Source: Myxococcota bacterium
Lineage (GTDB): Bacteria > Myxococcota > JACRCW01
DNA length: 64,000 nucleotides
Direction of reading: 5' to 3'
Assembly (NCBI GenBank): GCA_040752415.1
Contig: JBFMGU010000024.1
Span: 1-64,000, forward strand
Shown here: piece by piece, positions 19,474 to 30,443 of the stretch
Layout: each line of letters opens with the position of its first letter
Numbering within the stretch: the first letter of the stretch is position 1
The notes under the pieces: generated by a model
The model's input: the letters and a program-made list of their open reading frames with translations, nothing else
Database searches by the model: none
Told to the model about the DNA's origin: nothing
Position numbers and translations under genes: made by a program

Positions 19474-19749
19474 ATGGACCTGGGACGCGTCATTGGAACC
19501 GTGGTGGCCACGCGCAAGGTGGACGGGCTCACCGGCGTGAAGCTGCTGGTGGTGGAGCCGCTCAACCACAAGCGTGAGGTGGTGGGGCCGCCCTTCGTGG
19601 CCATTGACGTGGTGCAGGCCGGGCCCGGCGCCATTGTGAACTGGGTGGCCAGCCGGGAGGCCGCCATGGCGCTCCCCGACGCCTTTGTGCCGGTGGACGC
19701 GGCCATCGTCGGGCTGGTGGACAGCATCGACGTGGAGGCGCGCCGATGA
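19474..19749 (+). CDS. Bacterial microcompartment vertex protein (BMC-P, EutN/CcmL family)
   Basis: LGRVIGTVVATRK..LTGVKLLVVEP..VAIDVVQAGPG..PVDAAIVGLVD. Confidence 0.93.
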   Translation: MDLGRVIGTVVATRKVDGLTGVKLLVVEPLNHKREVVGPPFVAIDVVQAGPGAIVNWVASREAAMALPDAFVPVDAAIVGLVDSIDVEARR

Positions 19750-20015
19750 GGTACTGCGAGGTGCTGGGCAGCGTGACCCAGACCATCCATCACCCCGACT
19801 ACGACGGGCAGAAGCTCCTGGTGGTCCAGCCGCTGGACGAGCAGAGCAAGCCCACCGGGAACAGCTTCCTCGCCGTGGACAACGTGCAGGCCGGCCCGGG
19901 CGACCGCGTGCTGGTGCTCATGGAAGGCAATGGCATCCGGCAGATCTTCGGGAAGAAGCAGCTGCCCATCCAGAGCCTGATTGTCGGGATTGTCGACGCG
20001 GCGGAGCTGGGCTGA
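19746..20015 (+). CDS. Bacterial microcompartment vertex protein (BMC-P, EutN/CcmL family)
   Basis: [47 protein letters not shown] overlap with previous gene. Confidence 0.92.
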   Translation: MRYCEVLGSVTQTIHHPDYDGQKLLVVQPLDEQSKPTGNSFLAVDNVQAGPGDRVLVLMEGNGIRQIFGKKQLPIQSLIVGIVDAAELG

Positions 20016-20019
20016 GGCC

Positions 20020-20694
20020 ATGCCGTACCACCGCCTGCGCCAGGATGTGGCCCGCTACGCCCAGATGCTGCACGAGCGCGGCTGGGTGGCCAACCACGAC
20101 GGCAACGTCTCCGTCCGCGACGCCCCCGGCGAGTTCCTGTGCACGCCCACCGCATGGAGCAAGCGGCTGGTGACGCCGGAGGACGTGCTGGTGGTGGACA
20201 TGAGCGGCAAGGTCCGCTCCGGGCGGCGCAAGCCCTTTGGGGAATGGCACCTGCACAAGGCGGTCTACACCGCGCGCCCCGACGCCATGGCGGTCCTGCA
20301 CGCCCATCCCCCGACGGCAACCGGCTTCGCGGTGGCGGGTCGGAGCCTGGGGCGCCCGGCGATTGCGGAGATGGTGGTCTCCATTGGCGAGGAGATCCCG
20401 CTGCTGCCCTTCACGCCGCCCCGGTGCGACAAGGGCGACGAGACCCTGCGCAAGGCGGTGGAGATCCACGACGCGGTGGTGCTGGCCAACCACGGCGTCA
20501 TCACGCTGGGCGACGACCTGGAGCAGGCGTTCCTGCGCATGGAGCTGGTGGAGCACTGGGCGCGCATCCTGCTCACCGCGACGCAGCTGGGGGGCGCGGT
20601 GCCGCTGCCCGGTGACGACGTGAAGAAGCTGCTGGAAGCGCGCACCAAGGCGGGGCTGGGGCCGCAGGGGCGCAGCCCGTTCAAGAAGGCGTGA
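20020..20694 (+). CDS. Class II aldolase/adducin family protein (FucA-like)
   Basis: [31 protein letters not shown] metal-binding His motifs. Confidence 0.92.
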   Translation: MPYHRLRQDVARYAQMLHERGWVANHDGNVSVRDAPGEFLCTPTAWSKRLVTPEDVLVVDMSGKVRSGRRKPFGEWHLHKAVYTARPDAMAVLHAHPPTATGFAVAGRSLGRPAIAEMVVSIGEEIPLLPFTPPRCDKGDETLRKAVEIHDAVVLANHGVITLGDDLEQAFLRMELVEHWARILLTATQLGGAVPLPGDDVKKLLEARTKAGLGPQGRSPFKKA

Positions 20695-20845
20695 CCACGG
20701 GCGTCAGCCCTTTCGGACTGCGGTATGAAGTACCGCTTTGACTTGGGCGGATGTTGTCGTGGGACGGGCCGGGCGGCTTGAGCGAAAGCGGCACTTCATG
20801 CACGCAGTCCGAAAGGGCTGGCGCCCGTTGGATTCGCTCCCCTCT

Positions 20846-21124
20846 GCTCGCATCAGGGCGCCAGGGGCAACAACGGCGCGAGCTTTGGGAGTGCGTGTGC
20901 AAGCGCCCCGTGCGGCAACCCCAGCGCAGTGGGGGCGCGCAGCACCGCTTTGGCTCAGAGGCTCCGTTCGCCACCGCGGCTCCCCGTCGGGCGGGCGGTC
21001 GCCGATGTCACCGAGACGAAAGCGGTGCTGCGCGCCCCCACTGCGCCGGGGTTGCCGCACGGGGCGCTTGCACGCGCACTCCCAAAGCTCGCGCCGTTGT
21101 TGCCCCTGGCGCGCTGGTGCGAGC
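20846..21124. repeat. 106-bp near-perfect inverted repeat with 67-bp spacer (MITE/REP-like)
   Basis: Arm 20846-20951 is the reverse complement of arm 21019-21124, with 4 mismatches counted by eye; lies between convergent genes. Confidence 0.9.
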
Positions 21125-21137
21125 TGGCCGGAGCAGC

Positions 21138-21494
21138 TCAGCGCTTGCTGTGCTCCACGCGCACCGTGGTGCCAATCCCGCCGCGCACGAAGAACTCCCC
21201 CTCCACCACCAGCTTGCGGGGGTCCACCGCCTTGATGACGTCGTTGGCGATCTGGTTGGTCACCGCCTCGTGGAAGGCGCCCTTGTCCCGGTAGCTCCAC
21301 AGGTAGAGCTTGAGGCTCTTCAGCTCCACGCACAGCTGGTCCGGGACGTAGCTGATGCGGAAGCGCGCAAAGTCCGGCTGCCCCGTCATGGGACAGAGGC
21401 AGGTGAACTCCGGGCAGTCGAAGCGGATCTCGTAGTCGCGCTCCGGGTTGGGGTTCTTGAAGGTGTCGAGGTGGGTCTGCGGCTGGCTCGGCAT
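21138..21494 (-). CDS. queF: NADPH-dependent preQ0 reductase (7-cyano-7-deazaguanine reductase)
   Basis: [43 protein letters not shown]. Confidence 0.96.
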   Translation of the reverse strand: MPSQPQTHLDTFKNPNPERDYEIRFDCPEFTCLCPMTGQPDFARFRISYVPDQLCVELKSLKLYLWSYRDKGAFHEAVTNQIANDVIKAVDPRKLVVEGEFFVRGGIGTTVRVEHSKR

Positions 21495-21548
21495 GGCCGG
21501 CCCCACCTAGCAGCTTGTCCCGCGCGCGTCAGCCGTGGGCGTGGGCGG

Positions 21549-21941
21549 TCAGGACTGCACTTCGTCGTCGTAGTCGCGGATGCGGAAGTTCAACGCCTTC
21601 TTCACCGCGCTCATCACCGCCTTGGGCGCCCGCTGGCTGATCACCACCGCGCGCGGCGCCGCGGTGCGGGCCCGGGGCTCCGTCTCCGCGTCGACCCCGT
21701 AGAGCACCATGGGCAGGTCCCGCGTGGCCTTGGTCTTGGCCAGCACGCGCGCCACCTCCCGCCCGTGCGCCGGCTGCTCCCCCAGGTCCACCACGATGAC
21801 GTCCGGCAACATGCTCTTGGCCTTGCCCACCGCGCTGTCGCGGGGCTCCTCCTGCTCCACCTCGTGCCCCGCCTCGTCGAACGCCTCGATGACCTGCGTC
21901 CGCGCGTCCCCCTCCCACGAAATCACGAGCACCCTGGCCAC
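21549..21941 (-). CDS. Atypical receiver-domain protein
   Basis: ARVLVISW..PDVIVVDL..GREVARVLAKTKATRDLPMVL; N-terminal acidic pair degenerate. Confidence 0.7.
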   Translation of the reverse strand: MARVLVISWEGDARTQVIEAFDEAGHEVEQEEPRDSAVGKAKSMLPDVIVVDLGEQPAHGREVARVLAKTKATRDLPMVLYGVDAETEPRARTAAPRAVVISQRAPKAVMSAVKKALNFRIRDYDDEVQS

Positions 21942-22072
21942 GACGCACCCCTCGGCTTGGATGCGCGAACTCTACCATGCCCGCGCCGGGCACAGGGGGG
22001 GTGTCGTCGGGATTTCTGAGGGGAACCAAGGTGGTTGCCGCGCCTACCGGCACACCCACCGGCCGGACCGCT

Positions 22073-23168
<1,096 letters not shown>

Positions 23169-23185
<17 letters not shown>

Positions 23186-23600
23186 CACCACTCCCTGTGG
23201 CGGGCTCGGTCCCGGCCGGCGCGGCGGGCTCCGTCCCCTGGACGGGCGCGGCGGGCGGCGGGGGAGCCAGCTGCTTGTTGAGCTCGATGCTGGGCGGCGC
23301 GTCCTGCAGCCCGCGGTTGCGGCTCACGATGGCATTCATGAAGACAACCAGCAGCACCACCAGCATCCCGACGAAGACGGCGAGCGGAACCCGGTCCACG
23401 TTCATCATGCCCAGCAGCTCGCGGGCGCGGTGCTGGGTGGCGGGGTCCATCGAGGAATCGTTGAGGATGGCGTGGGCCAGGCGTCGGCCCCCGACGTAGT
23501 TGCCGCTTTCCCAGTGACGCTCCAGCTCGGCGAGCTTGGGGTTGGTGACGGCGGCGCTCCCGGTGGCCGCAGGCGTGGCGGGACTCTTCTTCTTGGCCAT
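23169..23600 (-). CDS. Hypothetical single-TM membrane protein
   Basis: MAKKKS start, one hydrophobic helix; stop overlaps nagZ start. Confidence 0.65.
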
Positions 23601-23671
23601 GGCGCGGCGCACCCTAGGCGAGAGAGGGGTGGGGCGCCAGCGGCATGCGCAGGACGGTGTGCTAGAGCCGT

Positions 23672-25501
23672 GTGGTCGTGGCCGAGCCGCTCCCGCCCCC
23701 CACCGTCGACGACGACGAGCACACGCCGCGCGCCCCGGGCGCCTGGCGCGGGGATCTCACGCTCCTGCTCGTGATGACGGGGCTGTACACGCTCACCGCC
23801 ACCACCACGCTGCAGGGCGCCGACAACCCCGAGTGGGTCTCCATGCTCGCGCTGGGCGGCACCGCGCACCCGCCGGGCTACCCGCTCTACAGCCTGCTGC
23901 TGCGTGCCTGGGGGCTCCTGGGGTGGGGCAATCCGTCGCATGCGGCGGCGCTGCTCTCGTCGCTGCTCATGGCGGTGGCGGTGCTGTTGCTGGCGCGCGC
24001 CGTCGAGGAACGGGCCGGCCACGTCTTCACCGCGCGGCTGGCGGCGGTGTGCTTCGGGCTGACCCTGCCGGTGTGGCGCATGGCCGGCGTGGCGGAGGTC
24101 TCGCCCTTGCTGGCGGTGAACGCGGCGGCGCTCTTGTGGGCGGTGAGCCACGTCGAGAATGAGCCGGAGCTGCGACCCTGGCACGGGGCCCTCATCGGTG
24201 CATTGCTCGGCATGGGCGTGGCGCACCACCACTCGCTGGTGTTCCTGATTCCCGTCGTCATCGGGCACGTGGTGGTGGTGTTCTCGCCGGCGGGGGCGCG
24301 TGCGTGGGCGTTGGCGCTGGGCGCGGGCCTGCTGGCCGGGACCGCGGTGCTGGTGGGGAGCTGGCTCCTCTTTCTCTCGTTGCCCAGCGCGAGCCAGGCC
24401 TACCACTTCACGCAGCTGCAGACCCTCTCCGACGTGGTGGCGCACGTGCTGCGCCGGGAGTACGGCACGTTCTCGTCGTCAAACCTGGCGGGGGAGTGGT
24501 CCCTGGAGCCCACCCGCGCGCTGCTTGCCGACACCATCACCGGCCTGCACCTGCTCTTCCCGCTGGCGCTGATTGCGCTGCGCGCCCGTCGGGGCTGGCC
24601 CGCGTTCATCGCCTGGCTGCTGGCCGGACCTTGGCTGCTGGGCACGTACACCGTGGTGGAGGGCGGGGTGCAGAATCCGGCGCCGCTGGACATGCGGGAG
24701 CGCTTCCACGTCCTGCCGCTGATGCTGATGACGCTGCTGGCCGGCGACGCGCTGGCCGCCGCCGCGCACCAGATCCCCGCGCGCAAGACCGCGGCGTTCG
24801 CGCGTTCACTCGGCGGGCTGGTGGTGTTCGCGGTGGTGGCGGGCGGCCTGATGACGCTGCCGCAGGCTTCCTGGCGCGGCGAGACGGCGCTGGAGCACAC
24901 CTTGCGCACCGCGGTGCGCACCGCGCCCAAGGACGCCGTGGCCATCCTGGGCGGAGACCCCTGGCCCTTCGGCTGGCAGCTGGTGGCGTGGCAGGAGGGG
25001 CGTGACGACGTGGTGAACCTGGATTGGCCGCGCTCCCTGGTGGGGCGACGCCTGGATGCGCGCAGCCGGGAGCTGCTGACCCGCGTCTGCCCCCCACCGT
25101 GCGTGCCCCCCGCGCTGGGGAGATCCTTCCGCGCGCTGGCCGCCGAGCGACCGGTGGTGGTGTTCCCCGCCCGCCTCTTCGACGCGGTGCTGCCCGGGGA
25201 GCCGCTGGCCGTGGAAGGGCTCTTCGCGCGGCTGCAGCCGGATCCGCCGCCCCTGCGGGCGCAGCAGGAGGCGCTGGAGGCGTTCCAGGGTCGCATGGGG
25301 GTGCCCGGGCCGCTCACGTCCGCGCGGCGACACGCCGAGGGCCACGCCATTGCCTGCTGGGCCATGCCCTGGCTGCTCCTGCACGGGGCCGCGGTGCGCG
25401 CCGGTGACGACGAGGTGGCGCGCGCGGCGGAGGCGCGGGCGGGGGCGGTCCTGTCACGGCTGCGGACGGAGGCGGCGGCGCCCGCACCCGCGGTCCGCTA
25501 G
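23672..25501 (+). CDS. DUF2723/TMEM260-like GT-C membrane glycosyltransferase
   Basis: [45 protein letters not shown]. Confidence 0.82.
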   Translation: MVVAEPLPPPTVDDDEHTPRAPGAWRGDLTLLLVMTGLYTLTATTTLQGADNPEWVSMLALGGTAHPPGYPLYSLLLRAWGLLGWGNPSHAAALLSSLLMAVAVLLLARAVEERAGHVFTARLAAVCFGLTLPVWRMAGVAEVSPLLAVNAAALLWAVSHVENEPELRPWHGALIGALLGMGVAHHHSLVFLIPVVIGHVVVVFSPAGARAWALALGAGLLAGTAVLVGSWLLFLSLPSASQAYHFTQLQTLSDVVAHVLRREYGTFSSSNLAGEWSLEPTRALLADTITGLHLLFPLALIALRARRGWPAFIAWLLAGPWLLGTYTVVEGGVQNPAPLDMRERFHVLPLMLMTLLAGDALAAAAHQIPARKTAAFARSLGGLVVFAVVAGGLMTLPQASWRGETALEHTLRTAVRTAPKDAVAILGGDPWPFGWQLVAWQEGRDDVVNLDWPRSLVGRRLDARSRELLTRVCPPPCVPPALGRSFRALAAERPVVVFPARLFDAVLPGEPLAVEGLFARLQPDPPPLRAQQEALEAFQGRMGVPGPLTSARRHAEGHAIACWAMPWLLLHGAAVRAGDDEVARAAEARAGAVLSRLRTEAAAPAPAVR

Positions 25502-25628
25502 GGGTCGGGGCCCGGATCCGGTTGACACCGTGGGGCGCGTCGTGGTTTGTCGGGCGCCCTTTTTTGGATGCATCCCGGGCGGTGCCGCCACCTGTGGCGT
25601 TCCTCGCACGGACCCTCTGGAGTCTCCC

Positions 25629-25790
25629 ATGCCCAAGACCGGAAAGCGCACCTATCAGCCGAGCCGCGTCAAGCGGCGCCGTACCCACGGCTTCCGCTCC
25701 CGGATGGCCACGCCCGGTGGCCGCAATGTCTTGAAGCGCCGTCGTGCCAAGGGCCGCAAGTCCCTGACGGTCAAGACCTACAAGAAGTGA
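25629..25790 (+). CDS. rpmH: 50S ribosomal protein L34
   Basis: [41 protein letters not shown]. Confidence 0.97.
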   Translation: MPKTGKRTYQPSRVKRRRTHGFRSRMATPGGRNVLKRRRAKGRKSLTVKTYKK

Positions 25791-25866
25791 TCCGGCCGGC
25801 GCCGGGTTGGGCGTCTCCGCAGCTCTGACCGCTCCCCCGACGCCGCACGGCAGGATGTCTTTGCGG

Positions 25867-26400
25867 ATGTCCGCGCCTGCGCAAGATCCTCCGCGCCCCG
25901 CCCCCGTGGCGGGCGAGAGCCCCAAGGGCGCGTTCCGCTTCCCCAAGACCCGTCGCATCCGGGACCGCCGGGACTACCAGCGCATCCAGAACCGTGGGGT
26001 GCGGCTGGGCGCGAGCCATTTCCTCGTCATGGCCATGCGCCAACCCGGACCGCCCCAGCCGGCGCGCCTGGGCATCACCGCCAGCAAGAAAAGCGGTGAG
26101 TCGGTGGCGCGCTCCCGCATCAAGCGCCTGGTGCGCGAGGCCTTCCGGCTGAACCCCGGCGTGTTCCCCGACGGCTGGGACTTCGTGGTCATTGCCCGCG
26201 AGGGCGCCGACCAGCTGGCGCTCACCGAGGTGGTGGCCCAGCTGCGCGGCGCTCTGCAGAAGCTACATCACGGCGGCGGACAGCGGTCGCAGGGCGGGGG
26301 AGGCCGGGGCGGCCCACCGCGTGGCAAGCAACCGGGTCCCCGCAAGGGCGGCCCGCCGTCGGGCAAGACGCCCAGGGAGCAGGGAACGCCGTCGTCATGA
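25867..26400 (+). CDS. rnpA: Ribonuclease P protein component, with Gly/Arg/Pro-rich C-terminal tail
   Basis: [44 protein letters not shown]; synteny with rpmH. Confidence 0.93.
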   Translation: MSAPAQDPPRPAPVAGESPKGAFRFPKTRRIRDRRDYQRIQNRGVRLGASHFLVMAMRQPGPPQPARLGITASKKSGESVARSRIKRLVREAFRLNPGVFPDGWDFVVIAREGADQLALTEVVAQLRGALQKLHHGGGQRSQGGGGRGGPPRGKQPGPRKGGPPSGKTPREQGTPSS

Positions 26401-26675
26401 GCGCACCGGAACCCTCGCCATCCCTCGCGGCCCGCACCGCGCATGCGCTGCTGCGCGGGTACAAGCGGTTCGTCTCCCCGGTACTGCCGCCTGCGTGTCG
26501 TTTCACGCCCACCTGCTCGGAGTACGCGGCCGAGGCGGTGATGACCCACGGGTTCTTTCGCGGCGGGTGGCTCGCGTTCAAGCGCATCCTGCGGTGCAAC
26601 CCGTTTGGCGGCCAGGGGTATGACCCGGTGCCGCCGCGACAGCTCCCTCCGTCGACGGGACATACCCATGGATGA
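26397..26675 (+). CDS. yidD: Membrane protein insertion efficiency factor
   Basis: [40 protein letters not shown]. Confidence 0.95.
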   Translation: MSAPEPSPSLAARTAHALLRGYKRFVSPVLPPACRFTPTCSEYAAEAVMTHGFFRGGWLAFKRILRCNPFGGQGYDPVPPRQLPPSTGHTHG

Positions 26676-27063
26676 CGTGGCCTTCCTGCGCGCGTTCGAG
26701 GACGGCACCCTCCCGCCCGACGAGCTGACCCATCGCGCGCACGTGCGCGTGGGGTGGCTGTACCTGACGCGCTACGGGGATGACGACGGGGCGCGCCGGA
26801 TCGACGACGCCCTGCGTCGCTACGTGGCGGCGGTGGGGGCGGCGGACCGGTATCACGTCACCCTCACGCGTGTGTGGATTGCGCTGGTCCAGCACGCGCT
26901 GCGGCGCGGGAGTCACGACGGATTCGACGCGTTCATGGCCGCGAATCCGGAGCTCGGCGAATCACGGTATGTGCTGCGCTTCTACTCGGAGCAGCGGCTC
27001 TGGAGTGAGGAGGCGCGCGCGCGGTTCGTCGCGCCGGATGTGCGACCGTTGCCGACGGGGTGA
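26668..27063 (+). CDS. Conserved hypothetical protein
   Basis: [50 protein letters not shown]; overlaps yidD stop. Confidence 0.78.
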   Translation: MDDVAFLRAFEDGTLPPDELTHRAHVRVGWLYLTRYGDDDGARRIDDALRRYVAAVGAADRYHVTLTRVWIALVQHALRRGSHDGFDAFMAANPELGESRYVLRFYSEQRLWSEEARARFVAPDVRPLPTG

Positions 27064-27354
27064 GCCCGTTCCTTCGGTGATGGAACCGGCGCTGCCCCCT
27101 TGGGTGCCTCACCGTGATGAAGGCGTCGCGTGGGACGTGGTTGGGTTGGGAGGGCGTGTCCGACGGCAGCCGCTGGGGGACGGGGGGCCCCGTGGCGGGC
27201 ATGTCAAGTATTGTGTGAGGTGTAATACACCTTACGCGCCAGGACGGGTCTCCGCGCAGTCCAGCCGTCCGCCCTCCCAACCCTGCAACGCCTCGCAGCG
27301 ACGCCGACGCCCCGGGATGGCACCAGCCCGACGTGAACTCGTGGCGAGCGGGTG

Positions 27355-28152
27355 TCAGTCCCACCAGAGCATCACCAGCCAGAAGCCGCGCTCATCACCA
27401 CCCAGGGCGTTGTCGAGATCTTCCGGCGGGAGGATGCACACCTCGTCCGCGCGCCACCGCTCCTTCATGCTCCCAATGTGCTCCGCGTCCTCGCGGGACC
27501 GGGCCAGCACGTACAGCGTGTCGACGTTGTACACGCCTGAATCCATGTCGCGGAGCTTGATGAGCAGACTGGAGGGGGCCTCATCCGCCAGACCCGCGTT
27601 ATCCACCAACGCCGCCACCCAACGCTCCGACATCTCCACCAGCTCCTCCGCCACCACCTCGCCGTGCAGCAGGTTGTGCTTCGTGTACCGCAGCAGCTGG
27701 AGATGGGAATGCTGCGCCAGGGTGAAGGGACGCGGCGGCGACGGACGCACGGGGTCAGCCAGTTGCTCGGACCAATAGGCCTCCGAGCCCTCCGGGTCGA
27801 ACTGCTCCATGACGTGGTCCTCCGGACAGTACGTCCAGCTCCAGCTCTCCGCGTGTTCGTGTGCGTCGTCGCGCATCGCGATGCAGAGGGGACAGTCGTC
27901 AACGCCCATGTCGGCGACCTTGTCCGGAGGGATGGGGTTTTTCTCGTCGCGAAGCTCACGCCAGATGATGTCGCGCGGTGCATAGCCCAGGAGGTCCTCC
28001 TGGGGTGCTGCAAACCAGCGACGGATCTCCGCGTCGATGCGGTCGCGGAACTCACCTTCCGAAGTGGCAGGAGCATGTTGCGTCAACGAGCGCGCCGCGA
28101 AGTCGCGTAGCCAGAGAATGAGATCACCATAGAGGGACAATTGCTGGATCAT
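27355..28152 (-). CDS. Hypothetical protein (CPLC motif, C-terminal LWWD)
   Basis: Long acidic ORF with protein-like composition; start uncertain. Confidence 0.6.
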   Translation of the reverse strand: MIQQLSLYGDLILWLRDFAARSLTQHAPATSEGEFRDRIDAEIRRWFAAPQEDLLGYAPRDIIWRELRDEKNPIPPDKVADMGVDDCPLCIAMRDDAHEHAESWSWTYCPEDHVMEQFDPEGSEAYWSEQLADPVRPSPPRPFTLAQHSHLQLLRYTKHNLLHGEVVAEELVEMSERWVAALVDNAGLADEAPSSLLIKLRDMDSGVYNVDTLYVLARSREDAEHIGSMKERWRADEVCILPPEDLDNALGGDERGFWLVMLWWD

Positions 28153-28323
28153 GATGGCTCCGTCATGAGGGGACCCGGCTGGACCTTGCGCGGAACGTGC
28201 CACCGCCACGTGTGGGGAAGACGCGTCGTCAATCCCGTTTCGCTGTCCGGAAATCAGACAGGGTGGCTCATTCCACGACACCCGCGGCCTGAACCCGTCC
28301 CTGCACTCAGCTATGTTGCGAGC

Positions 28324-28989
28324 ATGGGCGCGTTCCTCAACATCGACGCCGGTGAGCTGCCCGATGAGCCGGACGAGCTCTACGCGCTCGCGGGAATGCT
28401 CAACGTGGCGTGTGGCGGTCACGCGGGAGATCCCCGCTCCATTCAACATGTCCTCGAACGGGCCGCCCCGGACACCCGTATCTCCGCGCACCTGTCCTAT
28501 CCCGACCGGAAGAACTTCGGGCGCGCCACGGTGAAGCTCCCGCCCGACGAGCTCGCGAGCTCGCTGCGCCAGCAGTTGGCTCTCCTGGACGCGGCGACGC
28601 ACACCCTCCAGCACATCAAGCTGCACGGGGCGCTCTATCACGACGCCGCGCGGGACCCGTCACTGGCGTCGCTGGTGGTGCAGGTGGCGAGAGAGAAGGC
28701 GCGACGCTGGACGTTCATTGGCCCGAAGGCGGGCGCGTTGCGGGAGGCGGTGGAGAGGGAAGGATGGGGATATCTGGTTGAGGGATTCGCGGACCGGCGC
28801 TACGCGCCCGACGGAAACCTGGTCCCGCGCTCCCAGCCCGACGCGCTTATTCTCGACCCGCAACTGGCCGCGCAGCAAGCGGTGCAGTTGGTTCAGGAGC
28901 AGCACGTGGACACCGTGTGCGTCCACTCCGACACGCCGCGGGCCGTCGAGATTGCTCGCGCGGTCAGCAAGGTCCTCAAGCAACACTGA
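28324..28989 (+). CDS. pxpA: LamB/YcsF family protein (5-oxoprolinase subunit A-like)
   Basis: LNIDAGE, NVACGGHAGD, AHLSYPDRKNFGR, HIKLHGALY, EGFADRRY, TVCVHSDTP. Confidence 0.88.
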   Translation: MGAFLNIDAGELPDEPDELYALAGMLNVACGGHAGDPRSIQHVLERAAPDTRISAHLSYPDRKNFGRATVKLPPDELASSLRQQLALLDAATHTLQHIKLHGALYHDAARDPSLASLVVQVAREKARRWTFIGPKAGALREAVEREGWGYLVEGFADRRYAPDGNLVPRSQPDALILDPQLAAQQAVQLVQEQHVDTVCVHSDTPRAVEIARAVSKVLKQH

Positions 28990-29039
28990 CCACGTGGATC
29001 GCAGACAGGAATGTCCGCGCCACGGTGGAGGTCGCTGCG

Positions 29040-30443
29040 TCAGGGCTCGCCGGTGAGATCGTGCAGCCAGGCTTGTTCCAGCGTCGCCAGGTCGGAGCCC
29101 CAGGTCAGTAACACGGCTTCCTCGAAGCTCCTTCCGCCGACGAGCGCGGCCAAGAGCGTAGCGAATACGCTTGAGCCACCGCGCTGCTCCAGCCACCGCA
29201 CGATCAACAACGACTCACCGTAGGCAACGCGGGCCTGTCCGCGCGGCAGCTGCAGGAAACCCGCGCGCAATGCGGCCCACTGCGGCAGCGCGTTGCTCTC
29301 CAGCGCCCGCGCAACGACGGGGAGCGGGTCCTTCGTCGCGCTGCCCGGTTCCAGGTGCTGCGCCAGTCCCTCGTGGAACCACGTCGGCAACGCGGTGCGG
29401 ATGTTCCCGCGCAAGAGCGCGTGCACGTACTCGTGGTACAGCGTGTTGCGCAGGCGGTCAGGGTGCGTGTCGCCCTCGCGGATGCGGATCTTTCCGTCGA
29501 AGACGCCGCCGGTCCAATCCGGCACGTCGTTGGCCTCCAGGTACTGCGCGCCGGTGTAGATGACCACCGGGATGTCCTGCGGCGGATAGAGGCCCAGGCG
29601 CAGGCCCACCACGTTGTGCGCCTCGTCGAGGATGGCCACCACCGTGTCACCCAGGCTGGCGCGCTCCTCTCCCTCCCAGTGCACCTTGAAGCGGCTGCGC
29701 TGCACCTGCTGGAAACGTCCCTCCACCTTCTCGTGACGACGCAACTCCGCGAGACGCTCCTTCGCCCGCGGCGGAACCTCGTCGGACGACTGCAGCGCCC
29801 GCTCCAGGTAGCCGATGGCCTCGCCGAGCTGGTTGCGACGGTCCGCCATCTCCCCCAGCGCGAGGAGGGCCTGCGCGTTGCCCGGCTCCAGCTCCAGCAC
29901 GCTCTTCAACAGCCACTCCCGACGCAACAGGTCCGTCTCCGCGCGCGCCTGCGCCAAGAGCAGGTGGACCCGGACCTTGCGCGTGTCCTCGTCATCACGG
30001 CATTCCCGCGTCAGCCGCGCCACTCCCTGCTCCGCCTCCGCCAGCTGCCCGCCCTCCACGAGGTCGACGGCGCGCTGCGCCTGAACGTGGCAGAGCTGTC
30101 GCATGAGCGCGGGGTTGTCGGGATGGTCCGCTTGCAGCGCGTCCAACAGCTCCAGCGCGTGGTGAAGGTCCCCCGCACGGATGACGTCCTGGATCTCGAC
30201 CAGCGCCTCCCGCAGCTCCGTCGACGTCGACGACACCACGGGCGCAGGGCTCGCCGCGGGACGGGGACGGTCCGCCACGCCCACCTGCTTGACCCACGGA
30301 CGGGCCCGCGTCTCCGACGGAGAAACCGCGGCGGGAGCCTCACTTGTCGACGGAGCGGTCGGCGCGTCCAGCCAGCGCACCCCCACGCCCACCACGCCCA
30401 TCGCCGTGAGCACGAGCAGCGGGGCCAACCACCAGCGACTCAT
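29040..30443 (-). CDS. TPR-repeat protein with peptidase MA (HExxH) domain
   Basis: N-term TM, TPR-like helices, TLYHEYVHA..WFHEGLAQHLE. Confidence 0.85.
   Translation of the reverse strand: MSRWWLAPLLVLTAMGVVGVGVRWLDAPTAPSTSEAPAAVSPSETRARPWVKQVGVADRPRPAASPAPVVSSTSTELREALVEIQDVIRAGDLHHALELLDALQADHPDNPALMRQLCHVQAQRAVDLVEGGQLAEAEQGVARLTRECRDDEDTRKVRVHLLLAQARAETDLLRREWLLKSVLELEPGNAQALLALGEMADRRNQLGEAIGYLERALQSSDEVPPRAKERLAELRRHEKVEGRFQQVQRSRFKVHWEGEERASLGDTVVAILDEAHNVVGLRLGLYPPQDIPVVIYTGAQYLEANDVPDWTGGVFDGKIRIREGDTHPDRLRNTLYHEYVHALLRGNIRTALPTWFHEGLAQHLEPGSATKDPLPVVARALESNALPQWAALRAGFLQLPRGQARVAYGESLLIVRWLEQRGGSSVFATLLAALVGGRSFEEAVLLTWGSDLATLEQAWLHDLTGEP

Noticed and set aside
20846..21124. Autonomous insertion sequence or coding gene
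   Set aside because: No transposase ORF; the ORFs over it are low-complexity mirror translations of the repeat
21495..21548. preQ1 riboswitch upstream of queF
   Set aside because: Short GC-rich gap with no A-rich tail or recognisable aptamer
25502..25628. oriC next to rpmH
   Set aside because: No dnaA, no TTATCCACA boxes, no AT-rich unwinding element
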